From IMG/VR virus record IMGVR_UViG_3300028797_000143, positions 1 through 64,000 of that record: 64,000 nucleotides of DNA; one strand, given 5' to 3'. The position numbers and the translations under genes are program-made. The notes beneath the pieces are model-generated. The model did not search any database. It was not told where the DNA came from and saw only the letters and a list, made by a program, of their open reading frames with translations. How positions within the stretch are numbered: position 1 is the stretch's first letter; every line of letters begins with the position of its first letter. Source of the DNA: a virus. Taxonomy: Duplodnaviria > Caudoviricetes. Of the stretch, positions 9,092 to 18,391 are shown one piece after another.

Positions 9092-12000
9092 TCATAGATA
9101 TTTTGTATTGTCAACGACTTCTGCGAGCTGCTTGCCGAAGTCTTCCTTGATGATACGTATCGCCGTGGAAATCTCGTTGAGGTATATGTTACGCTCCGCA
9201 GCCATCGTCTGGAGTGCTGACAGGGATGCCGTGCTGCTCGTTATCAGCGTTGACATCGTTGTGATGTTCTGTAGTATGACCTTTGCGGTGGCGTTGATGT
9301 CCTCGCCTGAGATTTGGAGGGCTGTGAAACGACCGCTGAGTTCGTCACCCGTCTCTTGGGACATGGTTTGGAAGGAGCGGCCGCTGGCACTTTGCCTGTA
9401 GCTTGCTTCATCCCATCCTAAGACTTTCCTCAGTTCATCTCTTTCTGCTAAGGCCCTGTTGGCAATGTCTTCATACTCGGCTCTCAATGCGGCTTCTTCC
9501 TTCACGTCAATTTTCCCATCGTTCTCCATTGCCTTCTGGAAGTTCTTAAGCCATTTGTCCAACTCCTTTTTGTATGTGTTGGATACAAAGCTGTTGATGA
9601 TGGCCTTTTGCATGTACTTCTCGAAGTTCTCGGAGAAATCTTCAGCTTCGGAATCCATGTCCATAAGAGCACTGGCAAAGTCATCAACGAGAGAATCGAG
9701 ATTCGTTGATGTCAGTTTCTCTACAAACTGATCTTCTATCTCTTTAGCACTCTTCCAATACTCAATATACTCATCCATGTATTGAGCCGCATCCTCATAG
9801 CCCTCGTCGGCATAAGCCTTGATATGAGCGTAAATATCGGGTAGGTCGCGGGCAACCTTATACATCTCTTCACTCGTGAGATTGAAGAACTGTTGGCTTG
9901 TCGTTATTGTCTTATTTACGAGCGCACTTACTCGCTCCCACTCTGCTTTAGAGATTGCCTCGTTTACCTTATAATGAGATGAGTGAGAACCACCAATACC
10001 AAGGAAGCCGTTTGACCATGCATCGGCACTGCGTTGCATCATTTCACGAGTATTAGCTTCTGCTTGCCTGTAATTGTCGAGTATTTGCTTTTTAACATCA
10101 AAAGATTCGCTTAATGAGGCGTCATCCATCTTATCCTTCAGTTCATCGATTGAATATTTCAAAGCCTGATTACTTGCTGTGAGCTTTTCCAAGTCTTCTT
10201 CGAGGTTCCAATCCGAATCACCGAACAAAGGATTACCCTCAGCCCATTTACCGATAGCAGTACCAAGAGTGCGTAGAGAGCCAAGGACGGCCACACCGAC
10301 ACCTACTACATCACCTTCTTGTAATGAGTGAATACCATTGACAGCGTATGTGCTGCTCTCTGCGAAGTCAGACCAGCCTTTTCCGAAACGGGTGTCTTCA
10401 AGACCAAGGTCTTCAAGAGCCGTACTCATGGATTGTACGTTCTTGTCGATAGACTCACATATCTTGGCAACAAAGGATAGTGTCTCTTGGAACTCGGCTC
10501 CCCAATTGCCGCCGCCACCCATACCTTGAAGACCCTCTAAGGCACCAGAAGCCTGTTCCATACCTTCAGATGCCTGTTGCATGCTATTCTCGGCATTGGA
10601 AAGGTTCTTCAAATACTCGGTAATCTGGTCTTGTGAGTAGCCTTTCTTTGAGAGGCTTGTTGATATCTGCTCAGCATTACCTGTATTGATGTCCTTTGAG
10701 GAAATGCCAGTGTTTATCGAAATTTGATTCTGTATCCTAAGAAGGTCTGTAGCGGCCTTAACCTGCTTCTCCTTAGCCTCTAAGACCCTCTCGTTAGCCT
10801 CGGCAATCTTGCGTTCAAGCTGTTCTTGTTTGTCTAATTCAGGCGTTGCAAGGCCGAAGAGCTGCTTCCATGCGCCCTTCCTCTTTTGTATGGCATCGTT
10901 GATGTCGTTAATCTTGTCCGTGAAAATCTTCACGTCTTGGATGGAGATATCCTTACCACTCTTGGCAAGATACTCTTTAATCTTCGAGCGAAGCCTGATA
11001 AGGTACTCTTCACTGAGATTGTCGATGGTCTGGAAGACGTCTTCCCAGTGAATACTGTTCTTGAACTCTTCGACATCCAACTGTTTGAGGGCACTTTCCT
11101 TTTGGCGGTTCAAGGTGAGCTTTTCGCCGATAGTGCTTGCTCGCTTGATTTGCTTTTCAAAACTCTCTGTGATAGCTGCTCTACGCTGTTCGTATGTTCC
11201 ATACTCTTGCAAGAAAGCAAGGATAGCCTTACGTTCATCGTCGTAACGGTCTTCTATGAGCTTGGCGTATTCTTTATTCTCTTTCTCAGTTTGAGCGATG
11301 ACATACTTACGCTTTTCATCAATAAGCTTCTGTTCCTCTTCTGTCCATTTGTTGAGAACCTTAAGACCTTGCCATCCCTTGCCACCTTCGTCAGTAAGCT
11401 CGTAAGGAGAGTTCTTATGTGTCAACTCCCACTGCTTCTTACGCTGCTCGTAGATGGTCTTGTAGACCTCCTCCTGTTGAAGGTTTATGTCGCGTAGCTT
11501 CCTCTTGTGCTCAATATCTCGTGCCTCACGCTCGCGCTCTCCTTCGTTGCGTATGCCAGCAACCAATGCGTCTGCCTCGGCATCCTCGGCTTCACGAGCA
11601 AGCTTCGCCATTTCTTCGGCACGCTTCCACTCTTCTTGCTTTTGTTGGGCAAGTTTCTTGGGGGTGTCATCCTTCTTTTTCTTAGTGTCACCGCCAATAG
11701 ATTGGTAAGCGGATTCCGCGGCCTTAGCAGATTTCTTTATCTCTTCAAAGTGTTCTTGCGTTGCAAGTACAGCACCTTTGGTACCTTTTGAAACAATCTC
11801 CCAGCTATCATCAACCTTTTTGACATAGGTTTCAACTCCATCATCCATATTCTTCTTGATGGAATTAAACGTAGTTTTCTGTTTCTCGAAGTTGTCTTTG
11901 AGTGCCTTGTATGTTTTTTCAGCTCCAACGACGTTTGTCCTTGCACTCAACATACCATTAACACGCTTCAATAGTGACTCGCGGTCATTGTATGTGAGGT

Positions 12001-13813
12001 AGTCTTGAAGTTCGGAAATGAACACCGACTTGTTTTCGTTGCCTTTCTTATTGGCATCACGAAGATGCTTTTGAAGGGCTTTCAACTGTTCATCAGAGTA
12101 TTCGCCAAGAGCACCACCTTCTGCTGTGAAGTCAGTAAGTTTGTTTTCTGTAAGGCTACGACGATACAATTGATCAGATTGTATACTCTTTTGCTGAAAG
12201 TATTTCAACATCTGTCCGGTTGTCGCCGTACCAAACACTCCACCACCTCCTGTTTGCTCCTTAAAAATTCTCTGAATTTCTAATTTGCGCCTTTTGTCTG
12301 CTTCTCTTTGCTCTTTAGTAATACTTAGCGAGACTCCTTCTCTACCCTCTATTGCTTTCAGCTCTTCATATAGGGCCTTACTCTCGTCTCTTGATAATTT
12401 GAGATTATTGGTCTTCTCTTCGCGTTGCATCTTACCGTCGTAAGCCGCTATTTCCTTTTTTAGTTTGAGTATATCACGAAGCTGCCCTTTCTCATCTATA
12501 TACTTCTCGATAATGTCGGGATATCGAGAAATAAGCAAATCCATTGCTTCTTTTCTGTCCTCTGTAGCTGTTGAATCGCTCTGTGCTAAAGAAATTGCAT
12601 CCTCTGTTTGCTTATTATATTCTTTTTGTTGCTCATTAAGATTTTCTAATGTATTCTCTAAATCTTGATTAGCTTTCTCTGCAGTGCTTGTAGCCGTGGC
12701 AAGCTTATAGATTCCAAAAGCAAGTGCTCCGACTGCCATAGCGGCTAATACGTACGGATTCTTTAAGATTGTTGCATTGAGCGCAGCCTGTGCTTTCTCT
12801 TCTAAGACAAGAGCACCATAGTGTAGCTGTTCTGCGGCAGTTAGTTTATACAATCCAGCGACCCTGCCTTTTTCAAGAGTATTTGCAACTATCAAGGCTG
12901 CTTTGTAAATACCATAAGCCACAATCAAGTCTTGTATAACAGCTGCAATCTGTTGGTAGCTATCGACTAATTCAGAGGCATATTTAATACCACCAACTAT
13001 CTGGTCTTGGTATTTCTCTCCAATCTCATTCAACATAGAGGCAAAGCTATCCTCGAATTGACCAATCTCTGCCGAAATATTATTCATCATCTCGCCCATC
13101 AGGTTATGGAATTGTCCACCTTCACCTGTGACGCTATCAAGGACTTTGTTGAGTTGAGAGAATGTTATTGTTGTTCCTACTGCCTGCTCTCCAAGATCTT
13201 TCAACACATCTTTAATCATCACACCCTTTACAGCCCAGCTTTGTAAGCCGTTTGCATCCACGACGCCTGTTGACTTGGCTCTATTGTATGCCGCTACAAG
13301 CTCCATCAAAGGTGCATGTGTTCCCGTAGCCACATTCGACAACTGATCCAATCGCTTGATGATTTCATCGGTCTCGTGTCCGTAAGCAATCATCTGTTGA
13401 CTTGCCTGCGCGAGGTCTTTGAACTCGAACATGTTGTAGTAGGCATAGTCTTTCAATTGCTTAGTGAACTTTGCACCTTCTTCGGCGTTCCCAAGAAAAA
13501 CCTTCATGGAAGATTCGATGTCTTGGAAATAGGAACGCATTTCGATAACCTTCTTAGTAAAGTCAATGATTTCACTCACTCCGAAAGCCAAGCCAGCAGC
13601 AGACGCTATACTCTTTAGGGAGTCGATGATTTTCTTGCTTTCCGTATCAAACGAATTGCCTATATCTTTGACGTCCTTATCAATATGCTTCTTAGTAGCA
13701 TCAATGCTGGATTCGGCCATAGCCGAAGTCCTTTTAATCTGAATTTCAATCCCGTTTAAGGCTTGAATGAAATTCTGATTGTCACCTGTTATGTCGAAAT
13801 GTATGCCTGCCAT
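9092..13813 (-). CDS. Tape measure protein
   Basis: About 1570 aa, helical/coiled-coil, TMP-type N-terminal region; start at MAGIHFD (ATG 13813). Confidence 0.9.
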   Translation of the reverse strand: MAGIHFDITGDNQNFIQALNGIEIQIKRTSAMAESSIDATKKHIDKDVKDIGNSFDTESKKIIDSLKSIASAAGLAFGVSEIIDFTKKVIEMRSYFQDIESSMKVFLGNAEEGAKFTKQLKDYAYYNMFEFKDLAQASQQMIAYGHETDEIIKRLDQLSNVATGTHAPLMELVAAYNRAKSTGVVDANGLQSWAVKGVMIKDVLKDLGEQAVGTTITFSQLNKVLDSVTGEGGQFHNLMGEMMNNISAEIGQFEDSFASMLNEIGEKYQDQIVGGIKYASELVDSYQQIAAVIQDLIVAYGIYKAALIVANTLEKGRVAGLYKLTAAEQLHYGALVLEEKAQAALNATILKNPYVLAAMAVGALAFGIYKLATATSTAEKANQDLENTLENLNEQQKEYNKQTEDAISLAQSDSTATEDRKEAMDLLISRYPDIIEKYIDEKGQLRDILKLKKEIAAYDGKMQREEKTNNLKLSRDESKALYEELKAIEGREGVSLSITKEQREADKRRKLEIQRIFKEQTGGGGVFGTATTGQMLKYFQQKSIQSDQLYRRSLTENKLTDFTAEGGALGEYSDEQLKALQKHLRDANKKGNENKSVFISELQDYLTYNDRESLLKRVNGMLSARTNVVGAEKTYKALKDNFEKQKTTFNSIKKNMDDGVETYVKKVDDSWEIVSKGTKGAVLATQEHFEEIKKSAKAAESAYQSIGGDTKKKKDDTPKKLAQQKQEEWKRAEEMAKLAREAEDAEADALVAGIRNEGEREREARDIEHKRKLRDINLQQEEVYKTIYEQRKKQWELTHKNSPYELTDEGGKGWQGLKVLNKWTEEEQKLIDEKRKYVIAQTEKENKEYAKLIEDRYDDERKAILAFLQEYGTYEQRRAAITESFEKQIKRASTIGEKLTLNRQKESALKQLDVEEFKNSIHWEDVFQTIDNLSEEYLIRLRSKIKEYLAKSGKDISIQDVKIFTDKINDINDAIQKRKGAWKQLFGLATPELDKQEQLERKIAEANERVLEAKEKQVKAATDLLRIQNQISINTGISSKDINTGNAEQISTSLSKKGYSQDQITEYLKNLSNAENSMQQASEGMEQASGALEGLQGMGGGGNWGAEFQETLSFVAKICESIDKNVQSMSTALEDLGLEDTRFGKGWSDFAESSTYAVNGIHSLQEGDVVGVGVAVLGSLRTLGTAIGKWAEGNPLFGDSDWNLEEDLEKLTASNQALKYSIDELKDKMDDASLSESFDVKKQILDNYRQAEANTREMMQRSADAWSNGFLGIGGSHSSHYKVNEAISKAEWERVSALVNKTITTSQQFFNLTSEEMYKVARDLPDIYAHIKAYADEGYEDAAQYMDEYIEYWKSAKEIEDQFVEKLTSTNLDSLVDDFASALMDMDSEAEDFSENFEKYMQKAIINSFVSNTYKKELDKWLKNFQKAMENDGKIDVKEEAALRAEYEDIANRALAERDELRKVLGWDEASYRQSASGRSFQTMSQETGDELSGRFTALQISGEDINATAKVILQNITTMSTLITSSTASLSALQTMAAERNIYLNEISTAIRIIKEDFGKQLAEVVDNTKYL

Positions 13814-13834
13814 TTTTGTCGCTAATCTTGGCGA

Positions 13835-13866
13835 CAAAGATACACGTTGTATTCAATCATCGAATA
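13835..13866 (-). promoter_or_regulatory. Late-type promoter for tail operon
   Basis: TATCTTTG (-7) preceded by TATTCGATGATTGAATA box. Confidence 0.7.
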
Positions 13867-14020
13867 AAAAGAGTGGAAATGTTGTTCGTTTATCAAATAA
13901 TTAACTTTTTTTCGGTCTTTTAGCCTATCACCCTCATCGGTTTTGGCTTATCTTAGCGCGCGAAATTGGTGAGTAGGCTATACTCTTAAGACCAGATATA
14001 AACTACTAAATCTTAACAAT

Positions 14021-14290
14021 ATGGATGAAACACAGAAATTGCCTATATGCTTAAATATTCTCATGGCGTTTGCTTATCTGCTTATTGCCATCGGTGTTAT
14101 ATTTACCTTCATTGTCTTTGTTAGATTAGGCGATGATGACTATTTTGACCTGATCAGCTTCTATACAGCTATAGTATCATTCTTTACGGCTGTTTTCACA
14201 ATCTGTTTCCACTACATCGTTAAGGCCGCTTGCATCTACATTGAGAAGAATGAGGTAGAGGAAAAGAAGGAGGAAGTGGTAAGCGAATAG
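14021..14290 (+). CDS. Small two-TM membrane protein (moron-like)
   Basis: Two hydrophobic stretches, AT-rich, isolated between TMP and lysis operons. Confidence 0.65.
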   Translation: MDETQKLPICLNILMAFAYLLIAIGVIFTFIVFVRLGDDDYFDLISFYTAIVSFFTAVFTICFHYIVKAACIYIEKNEVEEKKEEVVSE

Positions 14291-14310
14291 CCCTCCTTTT
14301 CTCTAAGGTG

Positions 14311-14334
14311 CTCCGATGGGGTTTCCCGTCGGGG
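14311..14334 (+). terminator. Stem-loop after moron gene
   Basis: ctccgatggg-gttt-cccgtcgggg; no clear U tract. Confidence 0.4.
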
Positions 14335-14398
14335 TCTGCCCTGTTGTGTTCAATAAATGGTGAAAAAAGCATAAATAAGGCATATTATGGAGTAAAAA

Positions 14399-14430
14399 TA
14401 TTCGATGATTGAATATAATGTGTAGTTTTG
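14399..14430 (+). promoter_or_regulatory. Late-type promoter for lysis operon
   Basis: TATTCGATGATTGAATA box plus TAGTTTTG (-7); matches the TMP promoter. Confidence 0.7.
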
Positions 14431-14457
14431 TGGCGTAAACGATAACGCTTCAAGACT

Positions 14458-14910
14458 ATGTGGGTTATATGGAATAAGTTGATACCCTTTGGTGGGTTCG
14501 AGGCCATGGCAGTGTGGCCGTTTGTCTTTGTCCGCAGGGATAAGGATATTACTGCGAGAGACATCAGGCATGAGAAGATTCATGGTGCGCAGCAGTTGGA
14601 GTTGCTGTTGGTTGGTTTCTTTATTACCGCCGTCCTTGCTGCGATAGGTTGCGGGTGGTGGTCATTGTTGGCCTTGCCGTTGTTCTATTGGGCATATTGT
14701 ATCTGTTGGATTATAGAGCTTGGCCGTTGTTTGAAGGACAAAGAGCGCGGTCAGGCTTCTATTCAATATAAGCCGAGGAATCTGTGGCATAGGGTGGAGC
14801 ACTCTATCATCTTCGAGAGGGAGGCATACTCCATGGAGGGTGACGAGGTGTACCTGAAGCACAGGCCTTGGTTTGCATGGACAGAGTATATTGGCGTCAA
14901 ACCCGTATAG
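14458..14910 (+). CDS. Membrane-associated protein with HExxH motif
   Basis: RHEKIH followed by a hydrophobic segment. Confidence 0.6.
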   Translation: MWVIWNKLIPFGGFEAMAVWPFVFVRRDKDITARDIRHEKIHGAQQLELLLVGFFITAVLAAIGCGWWSLLALPLFYWAYCICWIIELGRCLKDKERGQASIQYKPRNLWHRVEHSIIFEREAYSMEGDEVYLKHRPWFAWTEYIGVKPV

Positions 14911-14911
14911 C

Positions 14912-15424
14912 ATGGAGAAGAGCATAGTGACAAATACATCGCGCGGAATAGCCCTTGGGTTATTTGGAGAAGAGGTCTTTACTCTCATCTATGACCTACG
15001 ATGGCTTGTGCTGTTGAGTATTACTCTTATCATCGCTGACTTCTGGTATGGGATGAGTGAGGCACGGATGAAGAAGGAAAAAGTCAGGTGGAGCAAGGCG
15101 TGGCGCAGGACGGCTAATAAGGTGGTGGACTATATCTGCCTTGTGATGGTGGCAGGCATCTTGGGTGTTGCCATCGGCGAGCCGTTGGGTGTGGGTCATG
15201 TGCAGGTGGCCGCTGTGGTGATGCTGCTGTGCTGTATCTCAGAGCTTAATAGCATCTATGGGCATATCTGTGCCTTACATGGTATGAAGCAGAGGCTCGA
15301 CCTGTGGAAGCTGCTGACAGGCTTGGTGAAGGCCAAGAGCGAGGCGGTGGGAGAGGCTATAGAGGGAGCAGAGATAGAGAGGAAGAAGCCCGAAGTAGAA
15401 TCTTCGGGAGTGGTGGCTGAATAG
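14912..15424 (+). CDS. Holin
   Basis: Several TM helices, charged C-terminus, directly upstream of endolysin; ATG 14912. Confidence 0.75.
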   Translation: MEKSIVTNTSRGIALGLFGEEVFTLIYDLRWLVLLSITLIIADFWYGMSEARMKKEKVRWSKAWRRTANKVVDYICLVMVAGILGVAIGEPLGVGHVQVAAVVMLLCCISELNSIYGHICALHGMKQRLDLWKLLTGLVKAKSEAVGEAIEGAEIERKKPEVESSGVVAE

Positions 15425-15449
15425 AGAACTTCATAAACGAGATACGACT

Positions 15450-15884
15450 ATGGTTAAGTTATCAAGGAACTTCACGCTGGAGGAGCTGACGGCGAGCAGC
15501 ACGGCGAAACAGAAGGGCATCAAGAATGTACCCGGTACGCAGGAGGTGGCGTGTTTGACGGCTCTTGCGCAGAACGTCCTACAACCTCTCAGGGATTGGT
15601 GGGGCAAGCCTATCACCATCGGTAGCGGCTATCGCTGTCCTGAGCTGAATAAGGCCGTGGGTGGCGTACAGAACTCTCAACACATGAAAGGTCAGGCCGT
15701 GGACTTGTGCATCGACGGTGACATGGCCAAGGGTAGGAAGTGGTTTGAGTACATCAAGAGCCATTTGACCTTTGACCAGGTTATCTTCGAGCATAACGCG
15801 AAAGGCACGTATTGGGTTCATGTTAGCTTTGACCCGTTTGGGTGCAACAGGAAGCAGGTCATCAACGAACTACTGAAGAAATGA
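15450..15884 (+). CDS. Endolysin, peptidase M15 family
   Basis: SGYRC..LNKAVGG..NSQHMKGQAVD and WVHVS motifs. Confidence 0.9.
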   Translation: MVKLSRNFTLEELTASSTAKQKGIKNVPGTQEVACLTALAQNVLQPLRDWWGKPITIGSGYRCPELNKAVGGVQNSQHMKGQAVDLCIDGDMAKGRKWFEYIKSHLTFDQVIFEHNAKGTYWVHVSFDPFGCNRKQVINELLKK

Positions 15885-15991
15885 GCCCGTGTAAGGATTG
15901 CCCCAAGGTGAGTAACACCATCAACGGGCTTCGCTGCCCTGAACTCGATATGAATGTGGAGTATTGTCTAATGAAACCATGTAAGTTATGA
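15881..15991 (+). CDS. 36-aa Cys-rich peptide (not in ORF track)
   Basis: MSPCKDCPKVSNTINGLRCPELDMNVEYCLMKPCKL; ATGA overlaps with both neighbours. Confidence 0.6.
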   Translation: MSPCKDCPKVSNTINGLRCPELDMNVEYCLMKPCKL

Positions 15992-16569
15992 ATGACCTCG
16001 ACGATTTCTACACCTATGGAGGGTGTTTCCCGCGAATAGCTGCTATGGTGCTGTTCGTTATCATTATGTCTATCATGTTGTGTAGCTGTAAGAGCACAAA
16101 ACAAGTCTCGGAGGAACGCTATACCTCGGAGCAGTTGGTAACAAGATTGGACTCTATGCTACAGGTTAGGTTGGTGACACAGCAGGACAGCTCTTTCAGG
16201 GAGTATGTCGTCAGCCAATTAAAGACCCTACGCGAGAAGAACGACACAAGCCATACTATCGTCGTTGACACTGCAGGTAGGGTAATCAAGGAAACGCTCA
16301 TCATCAGGACAGAGAAGGAATCCAATAGCGAGACGGATAGGAAGGAGAGGGAGGTTATCATGCACAAGTTGGAGGTGATGGATAGCACTCTTGTATCCCT
16401 ACGCTCTCAGATTGAGAGGACTGACACTCTGCTACAGAAGAAACAGGAAACTATTGAAGTGAATAGACTCCATGGCTGGCAGAAGTGGTTGATGTGGACG
16501 GGAGTGGCAGCTATTCTTGGGTTACTTATATTTATAGGATATAAGATATGGAGGCTGTGGCCTCATTAA
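15988..16569 (+). CDS. Putative unimolecular spanin
   Basis: N-terminal signal with lipobox (LCSC) plus C-terminal TM helix, last gene of lysis cassette. Confidence 0.65.
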   Translation: MNDLDDFYTYGGCFPRIAAMVLFVIIMSIMLCSCKSTKQVSEERYTSEQLVTRLDSMLQVRLVTQQDSSFREYVVSQLKTLREKNDTSHTIVVDTAGRVIKETLIIRTEKESNSETDRKEREVIMHKLEVMDSTLVSLRSQIERTDTLLQKKQETIEVNRLHGWQKWLMWTGVAAILGLLIFIGYKIWRLWPH

Positions 16570-16794
16570 GATAAAAGCCCGTGAGGGTGGTTCTAAAAAG
16601 GTAAATGGTTTTTCATTTTAGCTAATTGATTTGATTGATTTCTGGTAAGTTGAGTGTCTATCCTGGTTTGTGAGGAATAGGGATAGTCTTAAAGAAAATC
16701 CCCACCCGAAGAGGTGAGGATAAAGAAGAAACCTTCGTTTGCATTGTTCTTACTTTTGAGTGTGCGCTACAAAGTAAGTAACTATTAAGATAAA

Positions 16795-17031
16795 ATGCAA
16801 ATGAAGGTTTCGGATTTTCTCAAAATTAGCATGGAGATGTTAAAGTTGCTGTCAGCAAATGGCATCAAAATGGATGATCACAGGTATGTGAAAGCGTATG
16901 AGGCTTTTCTTAATATGCGGCGTAATCATGTCAAGTATAGGGTTGCCATAAAGATGATAGCCGATGAGGAGGGAGTGTCGGAGAGGACGTTGGAGCGTAT
17001 CTTCAAGAGGCTTTCTGCGATTGTTAAATGA
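16795..17031 (+). CDS. Small HTH regulator
   Basis: C-terminal IADEEGVSERTLERIFKRL helix-turn-helix. Confidence 0.7.
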   Translation: MQMKVSDFLKISMEMLKLLSANGIKMDDHRYVKAYEAFLNMRRNHVKYRVAIKMIADEEGVSERTLERIFKRLSAIVK

Positions 17032-17089
17032 CGTCAGATGTTGACGGCTGTTCCTTTGTGTTTACTCTTCCATAGGTTGTTTTGTGCTC

Positions 17090-17097
17090 TACCTTTG
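17090..17097 (+). promoter_or_regulatory. -7 promoter element of Cys-rich operon
   Basis: TACCTTTG without TTTG at canonical spacing; TGACG repeats at 17029-17046. Confidence 0.5.
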
Positions 17098-17155
17098 CCC
17101 CTGTCAAAGCGCAATGACAAGGTAATATTATTCACAACACAAACACAAAACAATC

Positions 17156-17689
17156 ATGGAACTGAAAGATCTTCTCGAAATGAAGGCTCTCGAAGGTAGT
17201 GGCATGAGCCCCTACGAGCAGTTCAAGACTCAGCACATTCAGGCTAAGAGCCACACCAGCGGCATCGCCGTGACGGGTCTTGTGACGGGTATCGTGGGTA
17301 CTGTGGCAGGCATCACGGCGTGGATTTTCAATCCGCTGTATAGCAATGCCAAGGCAGGTCAGGCTCGCGAAGCTGCCCTTGCTGCCAAGGAGCTCGCCAA
17401 TGCACAGATTGCTGCATCGCAGCGTCAGCTCGACCAGCTCACCGCCCTGTTTGCCGCCGAGCGTCAGGAGCGCATCAACGGTGACATCACACTGAACGCA
17501 ACCATCAACGACACCGTGAGCGGCCAGCAGGCTTCTACATTGACAGCCACCCAACAGGCCGAACTCGCCGCATCGCAGACTGTGATGACTGGCTTGATGA
17601 CAGGCAAGTACAGCGAGAACCCTCAGCGCGTTACTATCTGGCGTGACGCACAGGCTTGCAACTGCCCCGGCTGCGGATGCAACGGCTAA
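17156..17689 (+). CDS. Hypothetical: Gly-rich TM segment, coiled coil, C-terminal CNCPGCGC
   Basis: ORF track and composition. Confidence 0.75.
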   Translation: MELKDLLEMKALEGSGMSPYEQFKTQHIQAKSHTSGIAVTGLVTGIVGTVAGITAWIFNPLYSNAKAGQAREAALAAKELANAQIAASQRQLDQLTALFAAERQERINGDITLNATINDTVSGQQASTLTATQQAELAASQTVMTGLMTGKYSENPQRVTIWRDAQACNCPGCGCNG

Positions 17690-17785
17690 GCTGAAAAATT
17701 TGGAAGGAATCTGCTTAATGTGTAGGAAACTATGCAAACAAGCAGGTTCCAACCTCCTTAATCTATAACAAAACATACGGCAACA

Positions 17786-18160
17786 ATGTTATGGTTCAAC
17801 AAAGAAAAGAAAAAGAAGATGGAGTTTATACAGAACTTTGTACCCACAAGTAAGGCGCAGCTGATACAGGTGGCCATGATGTATAACAAAGGAGATTTGG
17901 CCAAGGCGCAGGAGATGTTTGACTTCTACGCTAAGAACCTCGACCTCCCTGACTTCGACCCGGTAGCTCCTTCGTTTATGCAACAGATGAAGCGCGAGGC
18001 GACGGGGCTGTTCATGTTCATCAAGGAGAACAAGGACGATTTGAGGCAGGGCTATGAGATGATAAGGTCTGCGATACTGAATAGGGGCGAGCTACCTGAC
18101 TTTCCTGCGGGAGAATCCGCAGGAACGGTAATGGAGGTATTGCCACCAATCAACGAATAA
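17786..18160 (+). CDS. Hypothetical protein (Cys-rich operon)
   Basis: ORF with AT-rich leader. Confidence 0.7.
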   Translation: MLWFNKEKKKKMEFIQNFVPTSKAQLIQVAMMYNKGDLAKAQEMFDFYAKNLDLPDFDPVAPSFMQQMKREATGLFMFIKENKDDLRQGYEMIRSAILNRGELPDFPAGESAGTVMEVLPPINE

Positions 18161-18169
18161 CACGGCAAC

Positions 18170-18388
18170 ATGGAAAAGAAAGAGCTAAAGGGCTTTCCGC
18201 TGTCCTTCAACATATACGCGGAGAATGAGGAAGAGGTGGCTGAGTGTAGAAAGGCTATCATCGCCTTTATAGGGCTTCATGCCTCACAATGCAGGGCTGT
18301 CACGGCGAAGAAGGTGGCGCAGGCTCTCATGAATTGGGACAAGAGCCCATTTGTCAAGAACAAGATTATCCAATACTTCAAAGATTAA
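18170..18388 (+). CDS. Hypothetical protein (Cys-rich operon)
   Basis: Tightly spaced operon gene. Confidence 0.65.
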   Translation: MEKKELKGFPLSFNIYAENEEEVAECRKAIIAFIGLHASQCRAVTAKKVAQALMNWDKSPFVKNKIIQYFKD

Positions 18389-18391
18389 GAT

